Source of the DNA: an uncultured Fibrobacteraceae bacterium
GTDB lineage: Bacteria; Krumholzibacteriota; Krumholzibacteriia; LZORAL124-64-63
NCBI GenBank assembly: GCA_964524645.1
Contig: CAZGEC010000002.1
Coordinates: forward strand, 5,005-69,004
Reading direction: 5' to 3'
Length of the DNA stretch: 64,000 nucleotides
The notes beneath the pieces were generated by a model, which worked only from the letters and a program-made list of their open reading frames with translations, did not search any database and was not told where the DNA came from. Below, piece after piece: positions 51,101-60,140 of the stretch. Position numbers and translations under genes: made by a program. Within the stretch, counting starts at the first letter, position 1. Each line of letters begins with the position of its first letter.

Positions 51101-51303
51101 CCATCCTGGCGGCCGCCGCGGCGGCCCAGGATCGCACGCATCCCTATCCCCTGGTGCCGGCTTTCTGGACCGCCGGGACGGGCGGCCCCCTGCCCTGCCG
51201 GACCTGTGCTTTTGCGGCGGTCTGCCGGCTCGAGGAGCGCGCGCTGCCGGCTCACCTGGACATCAAGCTGCGCGGGGAGCTGAACGCTTCGCGCTCGTCC
51301 TGA
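48109..51303 (+). CDS. addB: AddB-like helicase-nuclease subunit (inactive helicase-like N-region, PD-(D/E)XK nuclease, C-terminal Cys cluster)
   Basis: The nuclease motif is GTIDRIDR...ILDYKTG. Cysteines are at CPYRF and at C-terminal ...CRTCAFAAVCRLEE, suggesting a 4-Cys Fe-S staple. There is no Walker A. The start is at ATG 48109. Confidence 0.65.
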   Translation: MKLHEHTVGYETPLLPALARWLLENSPRAAAGDLTGTLVLLPARRPCEGLKHVLLEESGRDALLLPEITTPAWLADAVAARLGLLDAPVPPEHLRAPLLATLLAQRAAPLSWLVSTPESAPGLARELVSTFDEIRLYGLVPDLLEESGPASLTPAGNGPALEIDQRDVARLRAAWQLYRELIPRDAVDRLLEVLAALRERRNWPAPPCERLAAAGFVALDPATAELIRRLAGGRDLHLFQPSTPGPLCRLFLASYGADPGPQHPLAPASEVAALLAGEAASDSPAAGTGPPDLTPYREQLERLRPKLRRWPDAHTLDLLACGDPEDESRTVAALVAAELAAWQARGDPHPPRIGVATADTVLARRIAAQLRDAGLDFDDTGGIPLAELPAGRLARQLLQAALTGLRHGPLLELLTHPFVRLREDAAAHRKWTLHFEKMLRGEQQRMGLPSYLERAIAWDEAVADLYRQRDGRMQDFVTALGEALAPLLHRAGGGEAAWTEHLTALVESWERMAPDRPLGGAELPPDQTALGRLLDDLGRVARGEGLAGTPPRLGFADFANLLDRLLSEGPRSHVRPNRREFLPVQLTGLLEARLEEYDLLILAGTGEEVFPGRLRRPLLLGEGFRMVMDLPRWPQELGRQADLFLRLLHAGRSVVVTWPAERLGQPCLPSSFVLRLALSGLVPCQRTLPAPLFRNARDLAPAARIAAAQERFRSEPAEIPLSAAGRPLRRLSHTALRTYLDCPYRFLLERGFGLREEEEVLEEFRRLDYGSRVHECLRRLLAPRSPAHAALERGEREPALTELQRLAAEVFAADAEALPQSRLWAATFRSCAPGLVDYELQRFAAGWRPWCLEQSFDLPLRKLRDWLLRQPAAAESADAPAAPPELPADVADLRLVGTIDRIDRRGEGADAAWSILDYKTGQTPTLASVRDGRELQIVLYALIAEAGGLSGVREAPRPVVEGAYYRVHPTQIGFDPERPALPGSTPEGRRILQEGARTILAAAAAAQDRTHPYPLVPAFWTAGTGGPLPCRTCAFAAVCRLEERALPAHLDIKLRGELNASRSS

Positions 51304-51398
51304 CGCTCGGGAGGTGTCATGTCCATGGACCAGCTGCAGGTCGAGAGGACCGCCGGCATGGAGCCGGGTTCCTCAGCCGCCGAGGAGTTCGACTGATC

Positions 51399-54300
51399 GT
51401 GAGCGAACCGCGCTCGAGAAGGCCTTCCGCATCCGAGCCCGCCGCGGATCCCGTGGCGCAGGCCACGGCGGTCCAGCGCGAGGCCGCCTCCCCTGCGGCC
51501 TCCGTCGTGCTGCGCGCCGCCGCCGGCGCGGGCAAGACGAAGGTCCTGGTGGACCGCTTCGTGCGCCTCTGCCTGGCCGGCAGCCGGCCCAAGTCGATCC
51601 TGGCCGTGACCTTCACCAGGAAGGCGGCCGTGGAGATCAAGGACCGGCTGCTGCAGCAGACCCGGCTCTTCGCCTGCCTGACGGCAGCCGAGCTGGCGGA
51701 CGGGCTCCGGGAGCTGCTCGGCCGGGAGCCCACGCCGGCGGAGCGGCAGCGGGCGGCCCGGCTGCACGCCGAGGTGCTGGAGGATCTGGCGGGCCTGCAG
51801 ATCGGCACCATCCACGCCTTCTGCCAGCGGATCCTCGGCCGCATGGCCGCCGAGCTGGGCCTGGATCCGCACTTCCGCGTCCTGGAGGAGGAGGAGGCGC
51901 TGTGGGCCGAGGCCCTCGACCGACTGGAGAGGGAGGCGGCGGCCGACCCGCGGGAGCGCGACGCGCTGGCGGGCCTGGCCACGGCGCCCGATGCGGCCCG
52001 GCGGGAGCTGACGCGCCTGCGCCGCGACCGCGTGCATCTGGAGCGCTGGCTGGATCGTGTGCGCCGCGAGCGCGGAGCTGAACCGGCAGGGCCGGCCGAT
52101 CTGCTCACCGCCCGGCGGGCCCCGCTTCACGGGGAGCTGACGGCCGAGCTGCGGCAGCTGCTTTTCGTGGGGACGCCGCTGGACGGCGCCGCCGAGCCGG
52201 CGTTGCCGGATCTGCTGCCGCGGCTCCGGGAGGCCATCGAAGGGCTGGCCGGGGCCGGCCTCGAGAGCGTGCTGGCCGCCGAGTCCGCTGTCACCGCCGG
52301 CCTGCAGAAGCAGGCGGCGGAACTGCGCGAGGGGCTGACCGGGGTCCGGGCCGGGCTGCAGGATCTTCAGGATCTGGCTCCGGCCGCCGCGGCGGATCCC
52401 GCCGCCGCCGCGGAGCTGGAGACCGTGCTGGAGGATCTGCGGGGGGTCCTGCTGACCGGGCAGGGACAGCTCCGCAAGCTGCACGGCAAGAAGGAGACGG
52501 CGGCCGGCCGGCAGGCGACTTGGGCCGCCGCGGCGGCGCCGGTGCTGGGCCTGCTGCATCTGGCCGATCGCGTGACCATCTACCGCTTCGACAGCAAGCT
52601 GCTGCGCTTCGGCCTGCGGGCCCTGGACATCTACGCGGAGCTGAAGCGGCGCGATCGCTGCGTGGACTTCCAGGACCTGGAGCAGCTGGCCTGGGCGCTG
52701 CTGCGCAGTCCGGCGGGCCTGGCGGTCCAGTACCGCTTCGACGAGGCGGTGGACCACCTGCTGGTGGACGAGTTCCAGGACACCAACCGCAACCAGTGGG
52801 AGATCCTGCGCCCCTTCGCCGAGGAGTTCCTCGCCGGGGAGTCGGCCCGCGGGGTGCGGCGCACGGTCTTCCTGGTGGGAGACGTCAAGCAGTCCATCTA
52901 CGGCTTCCGCGGGGCCGAGCCCGCGCTGTTCGGCGAGGTGGCGCTCTGGCTGGAGCGGCAGGCCGGCGCGCCGCTCCTGAGCCTGCCCACCAACTTCCGC
53001 AGCCTGCCGGCCGTGGTGCAGTCCGTGGGCCGGCTGATGTCCTCCCCGCCCCTGGCTGACCTGCTGCCGCCCGGCGAGGCGGCGGCGGCGCGCCAGGTGG
53101 CGGCCCGCGGAGAGGCCGCGGGCGAGGTGGCGATCCTGCCGGTGCGGCGGGCGGACGAGGGCGGCGCCGCCGACCACCTGGCCGCCGCGGCCGCGGTGCG
53201 CATCGTCCGCCACCTGCTGCGCTGCGGCCGCGTGTGGGCGGACGGAGCCCCCCTGAGCTGCGGCGACATCCTGGTGCTGTGCCGCAGCCGCAACCGCATC
53301 ACCATCTACGAGCAGGCATTCCGCCAAGCGGGCATCCCGATTGCGCCGGCCGGACGCGGCCTGCTGGCCCGCGGCCGGGAGGTGAAGGATCTGCTGCTCC
53401 TGCTGCGCTGGCTGAGCTTCCCGGGCGACGATGCTGCGCTGGCCGGCGTGCTGCGCGCCCCGATCCTCCGCGTGGACGAGGCCACCCTGCAGCGCGCTCT
53501 CGCCCGGCTCGACGGGGACCGGGAGCGAAGCCTCTGGCACGTCCTCCAGCAACATGCTGGAGACCTGGGCCTTGCGGCCGAGGTCGAGCTGCTGGGGAGC
53601 TGGCTGGGCAGAAGCCCGTTTCTGAGCTGCCACGATCTGCTCCGCTGGATCTTCCGCACCGGCCATCTGCCGGAACGCTACGGCGCGGCCCTGGGCGAGC
53701 AGGCTCGTTACAACCTGCTGCGCCTGCACGATCTCGCGCTTGCTCCCGAACAGGGCGAGGCTCCCACCCTGCGCGAGTTCGCCGAGCTGATCCGGCGGGC
53801 CGGCGAGACGGCGGCGGAGGAGGAGGCCACGCCTCCGGAGCGCGGTTCGGGCCGCGTGCGCCTGATGACGGTGCACGGCGCTAAGGGGCTCGAGGCTCCC
53901 GTGGTCCTGCTGGTGGATGCGGCCGCCCCCCTGCGGGAGGACGTCGATCGCCTCGTCCTGGCCCCGCCGCAGGCGGACGGTCCTCTGCTCTATGGGGTGC
54001 GCCGACGCCACCTGCAAGGGTCGGAGGAGGTGGCCGGAGCCGCCGCGCCGCCGGCCACCGACCCGCTGCGGGCGGCGGGCGAGCACGAGCTGCGGCAGCA
54101 GCGCCGCGAGGAGGCCGACATCCTCTACGTGGCCATGACCCGGGCCAGGGACGCCCTCTACGTGGTGGGGGCGGAGCCGGCCCGCAAGGGGGGGAGGGAG
54201 AGCTACCAGGACTGGCTCGAGGCGGCTGCGGCCGCTGACCTGGCGGGCGGCGGGTCAGCCGCCGCGGCGCCCTATGCCCTGGCGGATCCCGCCTGGCTGG

Positions 54301-55082
54301 CCGGGGAGGCGGCGGAGGAGGCGACCGGGGCGGCCCTGCCCGTCCCGGCAGCGGCGGAGGGGAGCTGCCGCGCCTGGGAAGCCCCGTCCCTGCCGCCGCG
54401 CATCCAGCTCGTGCAGCCCTCGGCGCACGACGAGACCCTGCGGGCGGCCGCCGAGACCGGCGAGGAGGATGACGAGGACGGCGGCGGCGAGGACGCGGAG
54501 GCCGTGGCCGCCGGCGTGGCCGCCGCGGGCCGGGCCCGCAGCCAGGCCCTCGCCCATGGCGAGGCCGTGCACCTTTGGCTGCAGGTGGCGGCCGAGCAGG
54601 GCGAGCTGTCCGTGGAGAATCGGCCGCGGGATCCACACGCGCGTGCAGCCTGGGAAGAGGCCCGCAGGGTCTACGCGGAGTGCACGTCCGGCAAGCTGGC
54701 CTGGATCTTCCAGCCCGAGTGCGAGGGCGGCATGGGCTACGCCGAGGTCCCGATCCTGCACCACCTCCCGCCTCCGGAGGGCGCGACGGGTGCGGCGGAG
54801 CGGCGGGTCGTCGGCGTGATCGACCGGTTGGTCGTCTTCCCCGGGCGGGCAGAGATCGTGGACTACAAGTCCGACCGGGACGCGGCCACAGCCGCCGGTC
54901 GCGACCGCCTGCGGGAACGCTACGGCCCGCAGCTGGCGGCCTACCGGGCGGCCGTCGCCGCCCTCCTACCCGGGCACGAGGTGCGCGCCCACCTGCTCCT
55001 GACCGCACCCGCGGTCCCGCAGGCGGCGGGTCGGCTGCTCACGCTGCCCGCGGACGCGGGTTCGAGGCCGCTGGACGATTAG
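51399..55082 (+). CDS. addA: AddA-like UvrD/REP superfamily-1 helicase with a C-terminal PD-(D/E)XK nuclease
   Basis: Walker A is AAGAGKTKVL. UvrD motifs are VTFTRKAA, LLVDEFQDTN and VGDVKQSIYGFRGA. The C-terminal nuclease motif is GVIDRLVVFPGRAEIVDYKSD. Confidence 0.8.
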   Translation: MSEPRSRRPSASEPAADPVAQATAVQREAASPAASVVLRAAAGAGKTKVLVDRFVRLCLAGSRPKSILAVTFTRKAAVEIKDRLLQQTRLFACLTAAELADGLRELLGREPTPAERQRAARLHAEVLEDLAGLQIGTIHAFCQRILGRMAAELGLDPHFRVLEEEEALWAEALDRLEREAAADPRERDALAGLATAPDAARRELTRLRRDRVHLERWLDRVRRERGAEPAGPADLLTARRAPLHGELTAELRQLLFVGTPLDGAAEPALPDLLPRLREAIEGLAGAGLESVLAAESAVTAGLQKQAAELREGLTGVRAGLQDLQDLAPAAAADPAAAAELETVLEDLRGVLLTGQGQLRKLHGKKETAAGRQATWAAAAAPVLGLLHLADRVTIYRFDSKLLRFGLRALDIYAELKRRDRCVDFQDLEQLAWALLRSPAGLAVQYRFDEAVDHLLVDEFQDTNRNQWEILRPFAEEFLAGESARGVRRTVFLVGDVKQSIYGFRGAEPALFGEVALWLERQAGAPLLSLPTNFRSLPAVVQSVGRLMSSPPLADLLPPGEAAAARQVAARGEAAGEVAILPVRRADEGGAADHLAAAAAVRIVRHLLRCGRVWADGAPLSCGDILVLCRSRNRITIYEQAFRQAGIPIAPAGRGLLARGREVKDLLLLLRWLSFPGDDAALAGVLRAPILRVDEATLQRALARLDGDRERSLWHVLQQHAGDLGLAAEVELLGSWLGRSPFLSCHDLLRWIFRTGHLPERYGAALGEQARYNLLRLHDLALAPEQGEAPTLREFAELIRRAGETAAEEEATPPERGSGRVRLMTVHGAKGLEAPVVLLVDAAAPLREDVDRLVLAPPQADGPLLYGVRRRHLQGSEEVAGAAAPPATDPLRAAGEHELRQQRREEADILYVAMTRARDALYVVGAEPARKGGRESYQDWLEAAAAADLAGGGSAAAAPYALADPAWLAGEAAEEATGAALPVPAAAEGSCRAWEAPSLPPRIQLVQPSAHDETLRAAAETGEEDDEDGGGEDAEAVAAGVAAAGRARSQALAHGEAVHLWLQVAAEQGELSVENRPRDPHARAAWEEARRVYAECTSGKLAWIFQPECEGGMGYAEVPILHHLPPPEGATGAAERRVVGVIDRLVVFPGRAEIVDYKSDRDAATAAGRDRLRERYGPQLAAYRAAVAALLPGHEVRAHLLLTAPAVPQAAGRLLTLPADAGSRPLDD

Positions 55083-55087
55083 CAGGA

Positions 55088-56779
55088 CTAGCGGATCAGA
55101 CCGAGCTTGCAGGCCGGGCCGACCGCCCGCCCGTCCAGCAGGAGGCGGCCGCAGTAGACGCCGCTCGGCAGCTCGCGGCCCGCGGCGTCCCGGCCCTCCC
55201 AGGTGATTCCCTGCTCGCCCGCCGGCCGCTCTCCGCCTTCCAGGCGTGCGACGAGCCGCCCGCGCGCGTCGTACAGCCGCAGGCTCACCTCTCCCGGACG
55301 GGCCAGGACGAAGCGGATCTCCGTGCGCGGGTTGAAGGGATTGGGCCGCCCGCCCAGCAGGGTCGCGGTCCAGGCGCTGCGATCGGTCTGTGCGGGAGTC
55401 CGGGCGTTCGCCACGTTCGAGAGGGCCGAGACGTGGCCCGGCTCGCCGTAGGCGCCCCACTCGTCGAGCACCCGGAGGGCGAAGTAGTAGCGCATACCAG
55501 GCTCCAAGCCGCTCGCCCGTGCCTTCTGCCAGCTCCCGGGTGCGCCAGGCGGCGGTACATCGCTCACCGGCGTGGCCGTGGCGAAGCTGGACGCATCGAG
55601 TGGCTCGGTGGCCCGGCGGAGATCGTAGGCCGCTGCCCTGCCCTCGGTGCCGTCGTCGCCCGTGGCCGTCCAGCGGAGCAGCAGCGTGGTGCTGTCGGCA
55701 TCGTAGACCGCGAGATCGAGCACGGGTGCGGGTGGAATGCTGTCCGGTTCCGCGAGGGCCCGGAAGGCGTCGAGCCGGCCGCCCGTGATCACCAGGCCCG
55801 CCAGCTCGGGCGTCGCAACGGTGCCGGCAAGGATGCGGGCCTTGACCGCTCCGGCGTCGAGCGCCGGGAAGCGCCCCCGCACCAGAGCGGCCACGCCGGC
55901 CACCATGGGCGTGGCAAACGAGGTGCCCAAGACGTAGTCGAAGCCGCCGCTGCCCGCCGGCACCAGGATGCGCACCCCCGGTGCGGCCAGATGCACGCTC
56001 TCGTCGCCGTAGTTGAAGATCTGCTGGCCGTCGGGTTTCAGACCGGTCACGCAGATGATGTTGGGCAGGTCGTAGCAGCACGGGTACTCCGGCGCGGCGT
56101 CCACGTCCCGGCCGTCGTTTCCCGCGGAGCAAACGATCAAGAGATCGTGCTCCAGGGCGTAGAGGCAGGCCGCGTAAAGGTCGTCGAGATAGTGCTGGGG
56201 GGCGGAGTACGGGATGTCCCAGCTGACGTTGATGACCTCGGCGCCCGCGTCGGCCGCCGCGTAGATGGTCAGGATCCGCGAATCGATGAGTGACGAGCTG
56301 CGCACCGGCAGCAGCGAGACCTCCCAGTTGATGCCGGTCATGCCAAGCCCGTTGTGGCCGACGGCGCCGATGATGCCCGCGATGGCCGTGCCGTGATGGA
56401 CGCTCTTGGGGGTGGGCTCGTTCGCCAGCTCGTAGCCCTTCCCGCCGCGGAGGGGAGGAATGACGATCGCCGGCAGCAGGTTGGCGGCCAGGTCCGGGTG
56501 CCCGGCGAGATCGAAGTCGCTGTCGCTGATCGCCACGATGACGGAGCGCGAGCCCGTCGAGACGTTCCAGGCGGCCGGGGCCGCGATGTCGATGCCGGCG
56601 ATCGCCGGCAAAGGGCCGGCGTTGTCCCCGGTGTTCTGCAGCGACCACTGGTCGGGAAAGCGGGGATCGTCCGGCAGGATGGCCGGAGCCAGCGCGGCGA
56701 TGGCGAGCAGGACGGCCGCAGGGATCGCCAGGAGCCGCCGCCGGGCGGTCGAAACGGATACGCGTCGAGAAGCCATCAC
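55088..56779 (-). CDS. S8 (subtilisin-like) serine peptidase with a T9SS C-terminal sorting domain
   Basis: The His motif is HGTAIAGIIGA and the Ser motif is GTSFATPMVAGVAAL. A signal peptide is present. The CTD is NPFNPRTEIRF...LYDARGRLVARL...SGVYCGRL. Confidence 0.85.
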   Translation of the reverse strand: MMASRRVSVSTARRRLLAIPAAVLLAIAALAPAILPDDPRFPDQWSLQNTGDNAGPLPAIAGIDIAAPAAWNVSTGSRSVIVAISDSDFDLAGHPDLAANLLPAIVIPPLRGGKGYELANEPTPKSVHHGTAIAGIIGAVGHNGLGMTGINWEVSLLPVRSSSLIDSRILTIYAAADAGAEVINVSWDIPYSAPQHYLDDLYAACLYALEHDLLIVCSAGNDGRDVDAAPEYPCCYDLPNIICVTGLKPDGQQIFNYGDESVHLAAPGVRILVPAGSGGFDYVLGTSFATPMVAGVAALVRGRFPALDAGAVKARILAGTVATPELAGLVITGGRLDAFRALAEPDSIPPAPVLDLAVYDADSTTLLLRWTATGDDGTEGRAAAYDLRRATEPLDASSFATATPVSDVPPPGAPGSWQKARASGLEPGMRYYFALRVLDEWGAYGEPGHVSALSNVANARTPAQTDRSAWTATLLGGRPNPFNPRTEIRFVLARPGEVSLRLYDARGRLVARLEGGERPAGEQGITWEGRDAAGRELPSGVYCGRLLLDGRAVGPACKLGLIR

Positions 56780-56944
56780 TGCCCTCCTTGTGGTTGTGCC
56801 CCACGATTCTAACGGCCGCGTGGTGCCGATACAAGCTGCTCGCGGTGCCGCTCACGGACCACCGTGGCGCCGGCGGTTCAGGTGTGCGATCCTTGGTGGG
56901 GGAATCCGGCGGTGCGCAAGGCGCCGGATCGCCGGGAGGAGCCC

Positions 56945-57685
56945 GTGAACGGGATCATCTTCAACCTGCAGCGCTTCTGCATTCACGACGGGCCCGGCAT
57001 CCGCACGACCGTCTTCCTGAAGGGCTGCCCCCTGAAATGCCCGTGGTGCCACAATCCCGAGGGCCGCCTCGCGGACTTCCCCGAGGATCGCGAGGTGAGT
57101 GTCGGCGACCTGCTGCAGGAGGTCGAGTGCGACCGCCCCTTCTACGAGGAGACCGGCGGCGGCATCACCTTCTCCGGCGGCGAGCCCTTGGTCCAGGGCG
57201 ACTTCCTGCTCGAGTGCCTGGACGCCTGCCGAAAGCGCGGCCTGCGGACGGCCGTGGACACCTGCGGCTACGCTCCGCCGGAGCTGATGCAGCAAGTGGC
57301 TGCGCGCACCGACCTGGTGCTCTTCGACCTGAAGCTGACGGACGAGGTGCGGCACCGCGAGCTGACCGGGGCGCCCCTGGCGCCGATCCTGGCGAATCTG
57401 CGCGAGCTTGACGTCCGTGGCCGGCGGATCTGGATCCGGCTGCCGCTGGTCCCCGGGATCAACGACCGGCCCGCGGATCTGGAGGCGGTCGGAGCCCTGG
57501 TCGCCTCGTTGGAGGCAACCCGCCAGGTGCACCTGCTCCCCTTCCACAAGCTGGCCGCCGCCAAGTATCATCGTCTGGGCCGGGACTGGCCGCCGGCGGG
57601 TCTCGACAGCCGGGTGCCGGCCGACCTGCAGGAGGCGGCAGCGCGCCTGCGGCGATACGGGCTGAAGGTCGTCATCGGCGGCTGA
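56945..57685 (+). CDS. glycyl-radical enzyme activating protein (radical SAM, PflA family)
   Basis: Begins VNGIIFNLQRFCIHDGPGIRTTVFLKGCPLKCPWCHNPE, which carries the CX3CX2C motif. GTG 56945 follows GGGAGGAG. The track ORF starts earlier, at 56864. Confidence 0.85.
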   Translation: MNGIIFNLQRFCIHDGPGIRTTVFLKGCPLKCPWCHNPEGRLADFPEDREVSVGDLLQEVECDRPFYEETGGGITFSGGEPLVQGDFLLECLDACRKRGLRTAVDTCGYAPPELMQQVAARTDLVLFDLKLTDEVRHRELTGAPLAPILANLRELDVRGRRIWIRLPLVPGINDRPADLEAVGALVASLEATRQVHLLPFHKLAAAKYHRLGRDWPPAGLDSRVPADLQEAAARLRRYGLKVVIGG

Positions 57686-57760
57686 GCCGCCGCGGGAATC
57701 GTTGCCCGGGCGGCGGCCGGGCCGCGATCGAGAACACGATCCGAACCGGAGGCAGGGCGC

Positions 57761-60136
57761 TTGAACGAGCGGGTCCGCAAGCTGAGAGAGCGCAGCCTGG
57801 CCGGGCGGCCCCGCCTGTCCGTGGAGCGGGCCCGCTTGCTGACCGCGTTCTACCGCGAGAACCTGGGCCGCCACGGCGCGCCGGTCCTGCGCGCGCTGGC
57901 CTTCCGGCATCTCTGCGAGCACAAGACCATCACCATCGAGCCGGGCGAGCTGATCGTGGGCCAGCGGGGTCCGGCGCCCCTGGCCGTGCCCACGTATCCC
58001 GAGCTGACCTGCCACGGCCGCGAGGACCTGGAGCAGCTCGACCGCCGCGAGAAGACGAGCTACGCCGTCAGCGCCGAGGACCTCCGCCTCTACGAGGCGG
58101 AGATCATCCCCTACTGGCGGGGACGCAGCCTGCGCGACCGCATCTTCGCCGTTCTGCCGCCGGAGTGGCACGCCGCCTACGAGGCCGGCGTCTTCACCGA
58201 GTTCATGGAGCAGCGAGCGCCCGGCCACACCGTCGCCGACGGCAAGATCTACCGCCGCGGTCTGCGCGATCTGCAGGCCGACCTCGCCGCCGTCCGCGCG
58301 CGGATCGACCTGCTCGCCGACCCGCTGGCCGGTGCGCGGCTGGAGCAGCTGCAGGCCATGGAGATCGCCGCCGACGCGGCCATCCTCTTCGCGGAGCGGC
58401 ATGCCGCGCTCGCCGAGACGCTGGCCGAGCGCGAGCAGGATCCGCAGCGCCGGCAAGAGCTGGCCAGGATCGCCGCGATCTGCCGGCGGGTGCCGGCCGC
58501 CGCGCCGCGCGACTTTCACGAGGCGCTGCAGATGTACTGGTTCTGCCACCTCGGGGTCATCACGGAGCTGAACGGCTGGGATGCCTACAGCCCCGGGCAC
58601 CTGGACCAGCATCTCGAGCCGTTCTACCGGCGGGGCCTGGCCGACGGCAGCCTCAGCTTTGAAGCGGCGCGCGAGCTGCTGCAGTGCTTCTGCCTGAAGT
58701 TCAACGACCATCCCGCCCCGCCCAAGGTGGGCGTCACCGCGGCGGAGAGCGGCACCTACACCGACTTCGCCAACATCAACCTGGGCGGCCTGCATCGCGA
58801 CGGCAGCGACGGCACGAACGAGGTCTCGTACCTGCTGCTGGAGGTGATCGACGAGCTGCACGTCCTGCAGCCCAGCAGCAACGTGCAGATCTCGCGCCGC
58901 ACGCCGGACCGCTTCCTGCGGGCGGCGCTGGAGGTGATCCGCAAGGGCTACGGCTACCCGTCGGTCTTCAACGCCGACGGGGTGGTCGAGCTGCTCGTGC
59001 GCCAGGGCAAGAGCGTGGAGGACGCCCGCGAGGGGGGGACCAGCGGCTGCGTCGAGGCCGGGGCCTTCGGCAAGGAGGCGTACATCCTGACCGGCTACTT
59101 CAACCTGCCCAAGGTGCTCGAGCTGGCCCTGCACAACGGTCGCGATCCGCGCACGGGCCGCCAGCTCGGCCCCCGCACCGGCGCTCCCGCCTCCTTCGAG
59201 AACTTCGCGGCGCTCTGGAGCGCGTTCACCGGGCAGCTCCGTCACTTCGTCGATCTGAAGGTCCGGGGCAACCACCTCGTCGAGCGGCTCTACGCCGAGC
59301 AGATGCCGGCTCCCTTCCTCTCCCTGCTCACCGACGACTGCATCGCCAGCGGCCGGGACTACAACGCCGGCGGCGCGCGCTACGACACCTCCTACATCCA
59401 GGGGGTGGGGATCGGCACGATCACCGACAGCCTGGCCGCTCTCCGGCACCTCGTCGACGAGGAGCGGGCGCTCGATCTGCCCGGCTTCGTCGCGGCCCTC
59501 GATGCCGACTTCGCCGGCCAGGAAGAGCTGCGCCACCGCCTGCGCAACGGCGACGGCGGACCGCTCCTGCCCAAGTGGGGCAACGACGACGACCGGGCCG
59601 ACGAGCTGATGCGCCGCGTGTTTGCGGCCTTCTACGAGGCGGTGGAGGGGCGGCCCACGGCGCGCGGCGGCGTCTACCACATCGACATGCTGCCGACGAC
59701 CTGCCACATCCACTTCGGCCAGGTCACCGGGGCCACGCCCGACGGCCGCCAGGCGGGCGCGCCGCTCTCGGAGGGCATCTCGCCCGTGCAGGGCATGGAT
59801 CGCCGCGGGCCCACGGCGGTGCTGCTCTCGGCAGCCAAGATGGATCACGTCAAGACCGGCGGCACGCTGCTCAACATGAAGTTCACGCCGCAGGTGCTGC
59901 AGGACGAGCGCAGCCTGGAGGGGGTCGCCGGCCTGGTGCGCACCTACTTCCGGCTGGGTGGGCACCACGTCCAGTTCAACGTGGTGAGCGCCGAGACGCT
60001 GCGGGCCGCCCAGCGCGATCCCGAGTCCCATCGCGACCTCATCGTGCGCGTGGCCGGCTACAGCGACTACTTCTGCAACCTGTCCCGGGCGCTGCAGGAC
60101 GAGATCATCACCCGCACGGAGCAGGAGCTGCACTGA
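57761..60136 (+). CDS. glycyl radical enzyme, PFL2/glycerol-dehydratase-like family (substrate unknown)
   Basis: The C-terminal glycyl-radical loop is RVAGYSDYF. The catalytic Cys-Glu is GTSGCVEAG. The protein is ~790 aa, typical of PFL2 enzymes, and has a TTG start. Confidence 0.85.
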   Translation: MNERVRKLRERSLAGRPRLSVERARLLTAFYRENLGRHGAPVLRALAFRHLCEHKTITIEPGELIVGQRGPAPLAVPTYPELTCHGREDLEQLDRREKTSYAVSAEDLRLYEAEIIPYWRGRSLRDRIFAVLPPEWHAAYEAGVFTEFMEQRAPGHTVADGKIYRRGLRDLQADLAAVRARIDLLADPLAGARLEQLQAMEIAADAAILFAERHAALAETLAEREQDPQRRQELARIAAICRRVPAAAPRDFHEALQMYWFCHLGVITELNGWDAYSPGHLDQHLEPFYRRGLADGSLSFEAARELLQCFCLKFNDHPAPPKVGVTAAESGTYTDFANINLGGLHRDGSDGTNEVSYLLLEVIDELHVLQPSSNVQISRRTPDRFLRAALEVIRKGYGYPSVFNADGVVELLVRQGKSVEDAREGGTSGCVEAGAFGKEAYILTGYFNLPKVLELALHNGRDPRTGRQLGPRTGAPASFENFAALWSAFTGQLRHFVDLKVRGNHLVERLYAEQMPAPFLSLLTDDCIASGRDYNAGGARYDTSYIQGVGIGTITDSLAALRHLVDEERALDLPGFVAALDADFAGQEELRHRLRNGDGGPLLPKWGNDDDRADELMRRVFAAFYEAVEGRPTARGGVYHIDMLPTTCHIHFGQVTGATPDGRQAGAPLSEGISPVQGMDRRGPTAVLLSAAKMDHVKTGGTLLNMKFTPQVLQDERSLEGVAGLVRTYFRLGGHHVQFNVVSAETLRAAQRDPESHRDLIVRVAGYSDYFCNLSRALQDEIITRTEQELH

Positions 60137-60140
60137 GCCC

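Noticed and set aside
51318-51396. 25-codon ORF MSMDQLQVERTAGMEPGSSAAEEFD between addB and addA
   Set aside because: It is too short, has no SD and no recognisable family. It was kept only as a note.
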